Shown here: positions 1 to 13,971 of the stretch, one piece after another
Layout: the number at the start of each line of letters is the position of its first letter
Position numbering within the stretch: position 1 is the stretch's first letter
DNA from: Ginglymostoma cirratum
Lineage: Eukaryota
Reading direction: 5' to 3'
Assembly (NCBI GenBank): GCA_024137785.1
Contig: JAHRHZ010000061.1
Coordinates: forward strand, 3,333,890-3,397,889
DNA: 64,000 bases
Program-made: the position numbers and the translations under genes
The notes under the pieces: model-generated
Seen by the model: the letters and a program-made list of their open reading frames with translations, nothing else
Databases searched by the model: none
What the model was told of the DNA's origin: nothing

Positions 1-173
1 AACCAGGTCTGGTCCTTATACAGTTACCATGAATGAGCAGTGTATCTTCACTTTGCGGAGCTCTCTGTCATTGTGGATGGATCTGTATCATGCATCGTTG
101 TAATCTGGTATGAAATCTTCAGTATTTGAATTATCCTCCTGTGTGATGTGTGGTTGATGATATGCACTTCGGG

Positions 174-460
174 TCATAGAATCCCTACAGTGTGGAGGCA
201 GGCCATTTGGTTCATCAAAGCACACCAACCCTCCAAACATCATTACCCATACCCTATCCCTGTACTCCTTCATTTACCGTGGCTAATTCACCTAGCCTGC
301 ACATCTTTGGACTGTGGGAGGAAACTGGAGCATCTGAAGGAAACCCATGCAGACATGGGGAGAATGTGCAAATTCCGCACAGTCACCCAAGGGTGGAATT
401 GAATCTGAGTCCCTGGTGTTGTGAGATAGCAATACTAACTACTGAGCCACTCTGCCACCC
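174..460 (-). mobile_element. HE1-type tRNA-derived V-SINE
   Basis: Minus strand starts GGTGGCAGAGTGGCTCAGTAGTTAG (A box), then a B-box-like ATTCAATTCC, V-domain TTTCCTCCCACAGTCCAAAGATGTGCAGG and tail CACACTGTAGGGATTCTATGA. Confidence 0.85.
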
Positions 461-2439
461 TATTTATAGCACCTATTTCTTCTGAGCCATTAAGTAAAGA
501 CTGATTCTTCCTTAAATAACAGAAAGCTGATAGAATGCCAAAGGATTGCTATTCCATTGTGAAATGTCCAATTTCCATCTTCATTTTATGTAGCTTTATA
601 CTCTGTAAAAATGTCTGTGTAAGAATCTGTATTACAGTGCAATTCTTTGTTTTCCCAGTTTTCATTTTTACTGCTGGCTTTAAAATTCTTCTCTTTTTAA
701 TGAAAAGTATTAGTGTGCTAACCTCCTTTCATTCTTGCTGTAACTTTCGAAGTTGCAGGCTTGTGTTTCTGGGTTGAATTTATGCCTAAAAACACAGTTA
801 TGGTGACAAGCATGCATTTTTTCAGCAGCAAGATGGTGGAACCAGCAAATGGCTGTGAACAGAAAATTCTTTTCGATGAAGAAAACTATTTCTTTAATTT
901 TTATTCCTGTTTTTGCTGTAGGAGTGTTCTTCTAAGTCGAGAAACTAACCTTTCAATTGTTCAAAATTGTTCTTTTTTTTAAATCAGAGCTGTTCTAGGC
1001 CTCCTTATATATTGTTTTGTTTTCAAAACAGGAGAGAGATACAATGCTCAATATGCTCAGTACAGGTTTATAAGCTTTAATTCCGGTTGTTGCACTTTAG
1101 AATTGGTTTTAGTTCAGCTTTGAAATTAGACAGAATGGTGGATGACTGTTAAGAAAAAGATGTTTAGCCTTCACTTACTGCAACTAACTAGTTGCCATGA
1201 CTTGATGTTAGTGCCACTGTGGTGTGTTTGTAGTTTTCTATATGTTCACCCATTTAATATATGCCACCCGAGTCAGGTTTTTGCGTGACAGATATCTTGA
1301 AGTTTATTCACGACACAAACTATTTCTAAGGCTATATTATCACAGATTTACACAGAGTCTGGGTTATATCCCCATTAATATTAGTGTACGTTACTTTCAC
1401 ATAACTGATTGCACTGGCTCCATTATAATGTGACTGAAGCTGAGGCAGCTACCTTTATTATAAAAGTCACATGTTATGATATATTGTACTTGTTTTAAAG
1501 GTATAGGCCCCAGTCTTGTCTGGAATCCATGCTATCATATAATATCATACAATTCTAGGCCAGCTTCATTGAAAAATGTTGCACTTTTCCTTTTCCAATC
1601 ACTTAATTAACAGCTGGATTATCAGGGACACCAAGGAAATTAATAGTGACAAATATCTCAAGCTACTCCAAGTATGCACTGAAAATTCTTATTCATGATC
1701 ACACTCTCCCCATCTCCCAATAATACCTATTCATTCAACCACCTTCAAAGGTCAGGCCACATACTTGTACAAAAAGCCTTTCCATGAAAATTAGATCTTC
1801 AATGCCATTTCTCAACAAAATTTGAAAAAACAAAACGGTTTCACAATTCCTCTATTGGCTTGCTGGAAACTTATCGAATCATTTTTGTTTAGCTAGGGAT
1901 ATACAGAATCCCATCCTTGCCACCAAATGTGATGTACAACTGAAAGTTGGTATATAAATATATATTGAAATGGCCACAAGATGGTGCTATTGCAGAAGGG
2001 ACATTATATTTTGACTGGCCAGATTGTTAGATTTTATTTCACACTTACTTCCGAATGGTACCTTATGTCTCAGAGTATGGGTTGGTTTCTAAATTGATAC
2101 AACCTTGTCTGAACTGATGGGTTCACACTATTTGTAGGTAAGCAGCAGTATAAACAGGAGGATAACTATCTCAATATTACATTCAATCCATGATTGTAAT
2201 GTGAACATAACAGGTCTTGTTTTCCAGGTACAGCTCATAATGTATTGAAGCAAGTAGGGCAGGGTCTTATCACATGTACAGCATGCAGGAGCAGCAAAGA
2301 GTTTATACACAATAAATGAAGCGTGTATTTATATAATTGATACTGATATCGCAAGTGTCTCACCATAGGCATTTACATCACAGATGTGAGGATGGAATCA
2401 TTAGCTGATGGATTTATAGTTCTCATTAGTTAGGTCGCA

Positions 2440-2800
2440 GTTAGTGTGCACTTTTGAGTACCACGTTCTGAAAGGCCATTAAAACTATAAATGCATTCTG
2501 TATAGTTTTACCAAGATTATTTCAGGGAATGGAAATTATTCATTAGAGAGTTTGAGATATTGGGGCTATGAATAGAGGTTAATAAAATTCTGAACAATTT
2601 TGATAGGATGGATGGGGAAAATCTATTTCATCTGGTTCTAGAGATCATGAATTTAATTATATCTCTAACAGAGCAATGAAAAATCATTTTTACACAACTT
2701 TTTCGAGAATAGAATATTTTGCCACGGGGAAACATTCAGGTAGAGACACATTTTTACAAGAAAATTGGCTAAGTATTTGAAGCAGATAGGACACTGGGAA
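2440..2800 (+). mobile_element. Decayed CR1 LINE ORF2 3' fragment
   Basis: Degenerate match to CR1 3' motifs seen in better-preserved copies in this window (24378-25675). Confidence 0.5.
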
Positions 2801-2859
2801 GAGGGTGAAGCTGGAGAATTCCTTAAACAACACCTTATAAACCCACGATCATGACAATG

Positions 2860-3150
2860 TGCAGAAGGTACAAGGACAACAGATACATGAGAACACCACC
2901 ATATTTAGGTTCCCCTCCAAGCCACTCACCATCCTGACTTGGAAATATATTACTGTTACTTCACTGTTGCTGGGTTAAGATCCTGGAATTACTTCCATAA
3001 GGGCATTGTGGGCCTACCTACTGCACGTGGACTGTAGCATTTTAAGAAAGCAGCTCACCACCACCTTCTCGAGGTCAACTATGGATGGGCAAGAAATATT
3101 GGCCCATATCAGTAATGCCCTCATCCCACGAGTGACTTTAAAAAAAACAA
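2860..3150 (+). mobile_element. LINE (CR1/L2-like) 3' tail
   Basis: AACACCACC...CCAAGCCACTCACCATCCTGACTTGGAAATA...GCAGCTCACCACCACCTTCTC ending in an A tract. Related copies at 24040-24310 and 36555-36913. Confidence 0.65.
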
Positions 3151-4513
3151 TTTTAGGTTTCTTGAGCAAAACATGATCAATTGAATAACCTCCTTCTAAG
3201 TTATTGTTTCCTGGTCAAAGTTTTAAGGCTTTGTGTCAATTTTGGAGACATAAATTACTTATGGTATTGAAACAGAGTGTTCCAACCATCATATCAATAT
3301 CAATCACAAAAGCTTTATCTAGCTTAATCCTGTTTTCCAGCTTTTACATGTTTATATGTTGTGTTTCCAGCTCTTGGTCTCCTGCCCTTAGCAACAGTGC
3401 ATATCCAAATAGCTTTTAGATATGATAAGGGTTACGTCACTAGTCTTTCAGGCGGTGAGTTCCAGATGTGGGTGAAAACATTTCTGTACTCCCCTCTACT
3501 GGCTCCAGCCAATTAGTGTGAAACTCAGCCTTTGTTATTGACCTCTTTGCTAATGGAAATTAGTCCTTCCTTTATCCACATTCTCTAGGCACCTCACAAT
3601 TTTATACAACTCAATTAAGTCTCTTCTCAATGGGCAATTTGTGGCATAATTGGCGATTTCCTCTTTAAATGACCACTTTCAACTGGGTAACAATTTAAAA
3701 TATATATTGACCTGACTGTGGAGCTCAGAGCTCATCCTGACTCCAAATTCAAATAATGCAGGCTTTTGTTGACCATCACTTTTCACTTGAAAATAGTATG
3801 GCCTTCCTCTGATCCCCTTGACCAACCTTGAACTGCAGCTGTTTTTAGTCACGCCTCAATTACCACATTCTTCCCCACCCATCAGCTCTGCATTATCCTC
3901 CCCACTCACTAACCTTGGCTCCACCACCAACTACCAGCCTTTCCCCACCCAGTCACCCTTAACCAATCCCCAACCACCACGATCTTACACCTTACTTTCC
4001 AACTTTCTGGCACCAAACTCTCTCCCAAATAATCACTATCAAAATGCCCTCCCCTGTCCACATCTGTCTACTCCCCCATTGACCAACACAATGCCGCACT
4101 CCAGCACTGCTACCCAACCCCACCATTGCCACTTCTACCTGACAGCAAGGTATTAGTTAGTGTGCACAGTAACGAGGACAGAAATCCAATATTGGGTGTT
4201 CCTTGCACCTCTGGTGCTATGAGGAAAGCTGGATGACCAGAAACAAAGACGGTGCACCAAATCTCTAGGCTGGTGTCTTAATGTCAGGGAGTGTACCTCT
4301 GAGTACCTATGAGTGTTACATTTGACATTTCTGACTTGGGATTTTTAATGTTTAGTGAGTGACTGTGAAAATAACTGTCATCCACATAAATTAAAGATAG
4401 TTCAACAAACTTTTGAGTTCTGACGGCATTGTTAATTTCTCATGGTATTTTCAACATTAATTTGAAGATTGCAAACCACAGGTGGAACTTATTTAACACA
4501 GCATATAACCCTT

Positions 4514-5058
4514 TTACAAAGGACAGACATATGAAAGAAACACATCTACTTCATTCTTTATAATGACTTGCTGGGAATGTATTTTATGAGGCAGGTAATG
4601 TGCTAGCGACATTTCCCAGGCATCCACAAATGCTACATTGATGCCCTCAAACATCTTCCTCATCACTAAGTCAAGTTGATAGGAATACCAGTCACTGTTA
4701 TAAAAACTGACCTTCTGTGGAAGGGCCTGGATATTGGCAGTTTTTATTACAACCACTGTATCTGGGCTCCTTTCCAGCAATCGTAGAATTGACCTGCGAA
4801 TGTTCTGGAGCCTTCGGATGTATGTTTCAACTGGAAAACTGTTGAAATGACACCAGATGCCAAAGGCTATAACTGTGCTGTTTTCACCTTTAATATCATC
4901 CAGTTTATTTGCAATGAATGTCAGATGCTGGCTCAAAATGGGGATGATTCGGATCGGTGTACCATGGGGAGAATACTCCATCTTGATTTTGTTTACTGCA
5001 TCCTCAGCGAATTGAGGCTTGGTAAGCATTTTATTTGCAGCACTCTGTGTTTTAAGAC
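4514..5058 (-). CDS. NXPE3: NXPE3-like gene copy A, terminal coding exon (PC-esterase C-terminal part)
   Basis: Acceptor ttttag|GT at 5059-5060, phase 1, open to TAA at 4514. Ends DAWEMSLAHYLPHKIHSQQVIIKNEVDVFLSYVCPL, the characteristic NXPE3 C-terminus. Same 545-nt length as the paralogous exon 50457-51001. Confidence 0.93.
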
Positions 5059-6224
5059 CTAAAACAGATGATGACCATATTATTAACTATTATTACTACT
5101 TAACAGAATTGAGAGCTTTAAATAAGGAAAAGAACACAATGCTGCATAGGTCAAAAACTTTATGACGAGGAAAATAAAACAGCAACTCTGTTACCAAAGT
5201 AAATGTTTACAATTGCAAGAGACTACAACATCATTGAGATAATGCAGAATTTAGAAGCCTTAAAGTGAGAAGAATAAATGGTCTCATTAGCAAAACATAG
5301 CAAGAGAAATAATGCACGTGCAAGATTTAATTGTAGAGACGGGTGAAATAGAGAACAGGATTGAACATCTTGGAGAAAACAGTTCCTAAGATACAGCCTT
5401 GCTTCAAATATAAATATTAAATCACAAGCTGAGCAATAAATAAACTATTCTATTCAACCAACCCACACTGGATTATGCTATAATGTGAAAAAAGCTACAG
5501 ATATGTTGGAATAAGTTCTACAAGATTTTAATCTGAGAACAAATAAAATGTTTAAAAGAGCAAAATATAATAGAAGAATTGTAAGTGGCAGAATTGTTGT
5601 GGTGCAGAAGGAGGCAATTTGATATTCATGTCTGCTCTGGCTCTCTAACCATTCTAATTTCATGGCAATTTCCTACTTTTTTCCTTAACCTTGCACATTT
5701 TTCTCGACTTAAAGAACCATCCAATTCCATTTTGAATTGTTAAGTTAAAGCTGTTTTCACCACACTTCCAGAAGTGCATTCCAGACCCTAACTATAAATT
5801 ATATCAGAAAAAAGCCTCTAATCTCTGTAAAAGCTGCATCTTTTTAATTTCCTTTATGTTTGATTGTGGACTGCAAGGGGAAAAAGATTTGTTTAAAACC
5901 AAGGATCATGGAAGGAATTGCTGAACTTTTAAAAACAAGTTACTACAACTCATTGTGAGTTGCATTTACACGGCTACTTGTTTAAGCAGTGGGGGAGCTG
6001 AAGTAGGATCACATGACATCAGGATGTGTGTGCAAAGAGTGATTCAACAGACTGCAGGTAGTTGATTGGTTTATGCAACTGTGACCAGATGTGGATGCTT
6101 GAAGTCATCAGTCTGATGACAGTTCTTAAATTGGTTCCTAGGTAAATGAACAGATTGGGAGTTTACAATGGAAGATTACTGCTGGAATGTTGGAAGAGCA
6201 AGTTTTCTATCTCTATCTCTCCGC

Positions 6225-7125
6225 TCTAAAGGCCTGAAAAGGCCTTATCTTTCCTTAGATAAGGGACCTGAAACTATTCACAGTATTCCAATTGTGGTCT
6301 GATTAGTGTCATGTATAGTTTCAGCAAAAACTCCCTACATTTGTCTATACTCCATTCCTTTTGAAATAAAGGCTAACATTTTATTTGCTTTCCCTGTTAC
6401 CTGCTTACCTTGGATGTTAGCTTTTGTGATTCACAGACAAGGGCTCTGAAATCCCTGTGATCGGAGGGTTTTTTCAGCCTTTCTCTATTTAAATAATATT
6501 CTACTCCTCTATTCTTTCTGCCAAAGTGTGTAACCTGACATTCTCCCACATTATACTCCATTAGCCCACTCACTGAACCTGTCTGTACCCCCTGCAGACT
6601 CTTTGTTTCATCCTCACTACTTGCCTACCCATCTACTTTTGTGTCAGCTGAAAACTTGGCTACAGTAATTCAATTTCCTGATCAAAGTCATTAATATATA
6701 TCAAAAATAATTGTGGCCCCAGCACTGATCCATGTCGCACTTCACTAGTTACAGATTTCCATCCTGAAAGTGTCCCCCTATACTAACTCTCTGTCTTCTA
6801 TTAGTTATCCAGTCCTCTGTCCATGTCAATATACTACCTCAAACCCCATGGATTTTTATGTTGTTAGATCATGTGATGCGTGGTATCTAATCAATTGCCT
6901 TCTGAAAAATCCAAATATATTTCATCTACCATTTCTCCTCTATCCATCCTGCTTGTTACCTCCACAAAGAATTCTAGTAAATTTCTCAGGTATGATTTCC
7001 CTTTCATGAAGCCATGCTGACTTATGTCATTTAGACATATCTAAATGCTCCGCTATTAAATTCTTTCCAGAAGACTCTAATATTCTCCCAATAATTGAGA
7101 TAACTAGCCTGAAGTTACCTGATTT
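6225..7125 (-). mobile_element. CR1 LINE RT fragment
   Basis: Reverse-strand CR1 ORF2 motifs (QHGF, PQGSVLGP-like, FADDTK-like), with frameshifts. Confidence 0.75.
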
Positions 7126-8285
7126 TGGCTCTTTTCCTTTTTCAACTATAGGAGGAGAGCTCTTGTTCCACACAGCTCTACTTTCATGGACCGTTCATAA
7201 ATTCTTAGTTGTCAGACAGTCCCCAGCTGCTTCAGCCTCTTTGTTGCAGCCCTGGGAAACCTAGCCCATCCATTGTTGAATTCAAATGGCTTTAAAAAGA
7301 GTGGCGGAGTTTCTTTTGATTATTGAAATTACTGTTTCACTTCTCCAGAGAGGGTTAATGAGATGAATTACAATAACCTCATGGTTAAATTGCAAGTGGT
7401 AGGTTGGGAACAAGTTTCACACATCTAACAATGTGGTGTTCTCTCCCTGAAACAATTCTCCCATCACGGGATTTAAAATGACAGCTATAGTCAGCCAGCC
7501 AGGTAAACCTCACAACTGCCTCATATATGTTTACTTCGTCACAAGTATCATTTGTAATGATGAAGGTCGTGTTAGCAGCAAGAAAACTGACGGTTGTAAC
7601 AAGCAAAGGAAAGACTCAAAAGACACCACATTCTTTTCACGTTTAAATCAGAGCAATAGGTAAAATCTGTGGCTTTAAATTGCTTTCACATTTTAAAGGT
7701 CTGAGATGCTTACGTTTCCATCAATAGGCTATAAGATAAGCGAAAAGATGATTGAAATTGCAAATGCAAAACTAACTCTAAAACACTACATTCAGAAAAT
7801 AACATATCACTATTTTGGTCTTTTGAGCAGAGCAAAAGATCGAAAGAGTTGTCTGCTGAAGGGCAAAGTGAAAGGCAGTAGGAATGAAGGGCCTTGATGT
7901 AATTGCTTGGCAAATATCACAGAATGATTGCAGACAAATTACAGGAGATGTGAGATTAGACCAGGAAGACACAAGTGTACCAAGATAGTAGATCTTCTGG
8001 CAGGGGTAGCAACAAGCGTTATACCTTAACCTAGTATTAATTGTTTTGCCTTCTGAGGGTAAATAATCCAAATCTGTAAACCAGGCAGTAGCTAATAACA
8101 GCAAAGCCAGATGTTGCCTATTACACAGTGGCTACAGGTATGCCACGTAAGAAATGACTAAGCACATTAATTAAAGGTGCACTTATTCATGGCATTGCAC
8201 ATAAAAACTGATTCTAATCTGATGAACAAATAGAAGTTAAAGAAAATTATGGCACAATAGTGAAGCCAAACGGCTGGATTCTAAC

Positions 8286-8507
8286 CTAGCATGCGTAACC
8301 TAGCAAATCGTGTCAAATATTCAAACCACTGGCGTAACGTAGAATCTCCAAGAATATAAACAGCTTTCCCACGAAGACAGTCCGTGACATTAGCAGGAGA
8401 GTGGAAGCGCCGAATGTTACAGTTTGTTGACATCCACTTGTCTTGAAAATAAAATCCAGATGGTGAAAGCAAAGGCTTGCCAGGTACACATTCTCCAAGA
8501 CTTCTAC
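8286..8507 (-). CDS. NXPE3: NXPE3-like copy A, penultimate exon with GDS nucleophile motif
   Basis: Acceptor ttttcag| at 8508-8509 and donor G|gttag at 8285. Encodes RSLGECVPGKPLLSPSGFYFQDKW...CLRGKAVYILGDSTLRQWFEYL. Phases 1/1 fit the neighbouring exons. Confidence 0.9.
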
Positions 8508-9392
8508 CTGAAAATAAAGTTCCCTGAGACTTGAAATGATTTCAGGCACAAATTTTCTGACAGTTTGTCTTTACAATATGTCCTCAATGCATTTTCAGAT
8601 TGATTAATCATTGTTTTCTTGAAAAAGAAAAGTCAAATTGCATATCTTACCGGTTTTTACTTGAAAAGTGTACATTCACATGCTATGGCGTTGTGAGAAA
8701 AATCCTATTATGGTTTTAAGTTGCAACAATACAGAGGATGCTGTATTAACCAATCACAGGTAAGGAATATTGGAACAGAAGGATGTAAATAATAGATTTT
8801 TAATCAGTAAGGGAGCTAAGGTTTATAGGGAAAAAGTTGGAAAATGGAGTTGAGAATTAGCAGATCAATTATGATTTGGTTGAATGGTGGAGTAGACTGA
8901 AAGGGGTGAAGGCCTACTTCTTACGTTCTTATGGCAAAGAATGAAATGAAACAGTACAGGACATTCCCCCTCCCGAAAGTAACAGGGCATGTGACATGAT
9001 TGCCAAATAATTGGGTAGGTTAGAACTGTTGAGATATCTGGTCCCTTCCAAGTATCACAACAATTAACCTGTGTCCCTGAAGTTCCATGGATGACATTCG
9101 TGATCAATTTAGGCCCACAGGTGGTCAATTAATGGCATTTAAATGCCTCACCCAGCCACCTGATCAGCTGACAGTCCACTGGGGAGAATAGTGGCTGCTT
9201 TCCTGACAAAGAAACCTGAGTGGCTTACCTGGTGGGGTGATGGGTGCAGGGGGTGGTACAGGGACTTGATTTGTGCCAATCTGGAACCAATTGGGCATCT
9301 GAATGGGAGCAGGGGAGTGCCCACTGAAAGCAACAACTGCCCTGGCTTGGAAACAACAAATAATTGGCTTCTAACAAAAAATTAACCTTAAA

Positions 9393-10900
9393 GTCATAGA
9401 GTCATACAGCATAGAAACAAACCCTTTGGTCCAACTAGTCCACACTGACCATGTTCCCAAATTAAACTAGTCCCACCTGCCTGTGCTTGGTCCATATCTC
9501 CCCAAATATTTCCTATTCATGTACTTATCCAAATGTCTTTTAAACGTTGTAACTATTCCTACATCCACCACTTCCTCTGGCAGTTCATTTCACACACGAA
9601 CCACTCTCTGTCTAAAGAAGTTGCCCCTCATGTCCTTTTTAAAATTTACTCCTCCCACCTTAAAAATATGCCCCCTAGTTTTGAACTCCCCACCCTAAGG
9701 AAAAACTCCCTTTTCGTTCACCTTAGCTATGCCTCTCATGATTTTATATACCTCAATAAGTTCACCCTCAACCTCGTACTGTCTAGTGAAGACAGTCCCA
9801 ACCTTTCCAGTCTACTTTTACATCTCAAACGTTCCATGCCCAGCAACAACCTCTAAACCTTTTATGAATACTCCCCAGTTTAATAATATTCTTCCTATAG
9901 GAGGGCAACCAGTACTGGACACAGTACTCCAGAAGAGGCCTCACTGATGTCCTCAACATGACGTTTCACCTCCTATACTCCAAGGTTTGAGCAATGAAGG
10001 CAAGCATGCTAAATGCCTTCTTAACCACTCACTTCATCTGTGACCCAAATTTCAAAGAATTATGTGTGCAAACCCCTGAGTCTTTCTGATCTACAACATT
10101 ACCCATGGCCTACCATTAATTTTATTAGTACTGTCCTTGTTTATATCAGCAAAATGCAATACCTCACATTTACCCAAATTGAACCCCATCTGCCATTCTC
10201 AGCCCATTGACCCAATTGGTCAAGATCTTTTTCTAAGATAACTTTCCTCACTGTACCCCCAATTTTGGTGTTATCTGCAAACTTACTAACCGTGCCTCCT
10301 ATATTCTCATCCCAATCATTTAATTAAATGACAAAACAAAAGTGGACCGAGTAACAACCCCTGTAGATCACTGCTGATCGCAGACTTTCTGTCAGAAAAA
10401 CAACCCTCCACCACCACCCTCTGTCTCCGACCAGAAAGCCAATTTGGTATCCAAACAGCAAGCACACCCTGAATCCCATGTGATCTAACTTTACTAATTA
10501 GTCTGCCATGTGGAACCTTGTCAAAAGATAAGTCCAAATAAACAACATCTATCGTTCTGCCCACAATCTTTTTGGTTACTTCATTAAAAAACTCAGTCGA
10601 GTTTAAGAGACAAGATATTCCTCACACAAAACCATGCTGACTGTCCCTAATAATTCCTTGCCTCTCCAAATGCATGTTAGTTCTATTTCTCAGAATCACC
10701 CCAACAACGTACCCATGACCAATGTCACAGCTCTATCACAACACTAGCCACCCTCCAGCCCTCCAGCACATAACCGTTGATTATAGATGACATAAATATT
10801 TCCGCTGGGGCCTCCACAATTTCCTGCCAAATACCCACAATATGCTTGATCAAGTCCTGGATATTTATCCACCTTTATGTTTGTTAAGACCTCCAGCACT
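9393..10900 (-). mobile_element. CR1 LINE, 5'-truncated with 3' tail
   Basis: ORF 10316-10564 (DVVYLDLSFDKVPHGRLISKVRSHGI...QRVVVEGCFSD...LLGPLLF) is CR1 RT. Tail repeat CTATGACT at 9393-9410. Confidence 0.88.
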
Positions 10901-13900
10901 TCCTGTCTGTAATGCAAACTGTTTTCAAAACGCCGATATTGACTTCCCTGAGCTTTCTAGCCTCCATTTCTTCCTCAACAGTAAAAGCTGTTGTGACTTG
11001 TCTCTCCCCATGACCCCCGCTCACCTTCTGGTACACTGAGAAAACCCACCCTCCATGGCTATACAGCCTGGACATCTAGAGGCCATCTCCAGGTCCCAGT
11101 GGCTGCTGGTCTCTGATTGGCCTGCAGCTACGGGGGCTGTGGGATATCAGCGTAGAAGTACCTGATAGGTAAAGAAGACTGCCCATCAGCTTTTAAGTGG
11201 CTGACTTAGAATTTCTTCTAACAAGTTTTCATGCTGGTGGGGGCAAGGGATTAACATCCCCCAAGGACACCCACTGCTGCCCCTAGTGCAGAGAGCACAG
11301 AATATCTGCCCATAATCCAGCAGGCCTCTCAAGAGCAAGAACAAGAACAAGAAAAGATCACATCCCTCCCCACTTTAAAAGTCACATTCCTGATAATAAG
11401 CAAAGCCTGTCATGGCATCAGAAATTGGTCATTCAGTCTCACAAGCCTGTTCTGACATTCAGTTGGGTTATTGATGATTTGTTCATCAAATTCATTTTGT
11501 CACCTTTTTGCCATATTCCTGACAACCTTAGCAAACAAAACTCCTTCAATCTCACTCTTACGGGGACTGGGTTCTAAAGTTTTCATTATTATTTGAGTGA
11601 AAATGCTTCCTGATTTCACTCTTAAAAGGTTGGCACTAATTTTAATATCTTGACCTGGATTCTGCCAACAAAGGAAATAGTTTCTTTGTAAATTTGCCAC
11701 TGAATCTTTTCATCTGTCTCTGGTCCTCTTTTGAACCTGGAAAATGAACAGCCCACACATTACTATGATTTGAATCAACTGGCTCACTGCTCAGAGTCAT
11801 AGAGATATAACAGCACAGAAACAGATCCTTCAGTCCAACTTTTCCATGCTGAATAGGTATCCTATATAAATCTAGTTCCATTTCTCAGCTTTCAGCCTAT
11901 ATGTCTCTAAACGCTTCCTATTCATATACCCATGCAGATGCCTTTTAAATGTTGTAATCATCTATTCACCATTGTACATTTACAAAAATGACTAACCACT
12001 TAGCTGCTCTCCTGCTGTGCTTACGACAGATTGTCGGAAAAAACCACTAATGATAAGTTTCAACTCCCAAAAATCTGTGTGTTTTGGCTGATTGACAGAT
12101 TTCAAACTGCACTCACCCACCTCAAAGCCACCATGTCCAGTTTTAATATTGGTAGGGAGGTGGGTTGAGTGAATGTTTTGATTGTCTAATAGTTGTACCT
12201 GTGTCTAAACATTATAATTAGGTTGAGTCTGAGGTATGACCTGAACTTCAGCTTTAACACTAGCTGGCTCCCCAGATATCATTCAGGCAATTGGTTGAAC
12301 AAATCATTATCTGCTTTTCCAGCACTGCCTGTAAGCCAGCAGGAGCAGCAGTGTATCTCCCAAGCTTACTAAAAAGACCTGTTAATTTTGCCACTGTTTG
12401 GATCGACCTGTCTGACTTCACCTTATCATCTGAATTCTTCTCGGGGTAGCCATTTCTTTCCTGGTCCCTCCAATTCCATTCATAATCTGAGATCTGCTTT
12501 CTACATTTCCCTCCCTCCATATGGACATAGTAACATGGAAAATAGGAGTAGGAGTAGGCCATTCAATCCTTCCAGCCTTCTCCACCATCCTAAAGGATAA
12601 TGGCTGATCATCCAACTCAGTATCCTGTTCCCACTTTCACCCCATAGTCTATGATCCTTTTAGCACCTAAGAACTATATTTATCTTCCTCTTGAGAATAT
12701 TCAATATTTTGGCCTCAATCACCTTCCATGGTAGAGAATTCCACAGACTCACCACTCTGTGTGAAGAAATTTCTCCTCACCTCATATTCTAAATGAATCC
12801 CACCTCCACCCCCCCCAACCCTACGATCACCTTCATTGTCCTTTTACCATCTTGTCTTGTCTACTCACTCAATAATTCTTGTGAGTGACTCCCTTCCTCT
12901 CCTGATTACTCCTTTCTGCCAATTAAACATGCCCACATCTACACCCTGGAAATCACACTCCCTCTGCTACACTCCCTAGCCATGCCCTGACTGGTCAACA
13001 CTTTGGATTCCAAAAGTAGTTGTGTTTGATTCGACAGGGCTTTAATAACCCAAGGAAAATCTCAGCTTCCAGGTCAAGTATCCCCCGGCAGCAAACTGCA
13101 GACAGGGAAGCTTAAAACGTGCTGCAGGTACATGGAGGAACCATGATGTCAAGTGGCTCGAAGAGGAAGCAGTGGGAGGGAAGGTGGAAATTTAATGATG
13201 GAGGCAGCTAGTAGAAGGAACAAGGCAACTAGTAAAGGATGAGATTTAAGTCAATTAAGTCTTGAAATGCGCTTCAAGTATCCCATGTGGAGTTGGATCT
13301 GAGACCATACAACAGGCTGAAGATTGAACTGTCTAGAGTCTAGGTGAAAGCACAAGTTACCCAAAATAATTATATTCTCACATAACTTCAGAAAATTTCA
13401 GCTAAGTACTGAAAACAGGAAGGATTTCAAGGCATTTGAGAGGACTGGTGCCAGGATGGAAATGCAGGATTATCAAGGGTTGTTCTGTTTACAACAGAGA
13501 AAGTTAAGAGAATATTTGAAAGAAAATTCAAAATCATGAAAGATTTTGATAGAGTAAATAAGAAATTGTTAGGGGGTTGTAACTAGAGACATTGATTTAA
13601 GAGAACTAGTAAAAACCTGTGAGAAACTATTTTCTTTCTTATGCAGCGAGTTCTAAAATTGTGATTCAGATTGCATCCCTTTGATGGAAAGTGGAACAAA
13701 GTCTAGTAGTAACATTAGAAGAAAATTGGATCAAGGTTTACGGGAAAATCTGCAATGTAGGAAAAGCAGGCCAGTAGTGTGAAGTTGAATGTAAGTAAGA
13801 GGAACAGCACCTTTGCTTCTGATTAAGCACCAGCAGCCTTCTGGACTCAATGCTAAGTTCAGTGCCTTCAGACCACATGCACTGTTCTTCATTCTGATTT

Positions 13901-13971
13901 GTCTTTTATTCTTTAACAGCTTCAGTTCATTTCCACACCAACTGAAGTTATCATGAAAGACTCTCCTTGTG

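Noticed and set aside
3818-4156. 112-aa Pro/Thr/Ser-rich ORF resembling a mucin
   Set aside because: Arises from C-rich low-complexity repeat DNA, with no splice or homology support; similar tracts occur at ~12800, ~40800 and ~59860.
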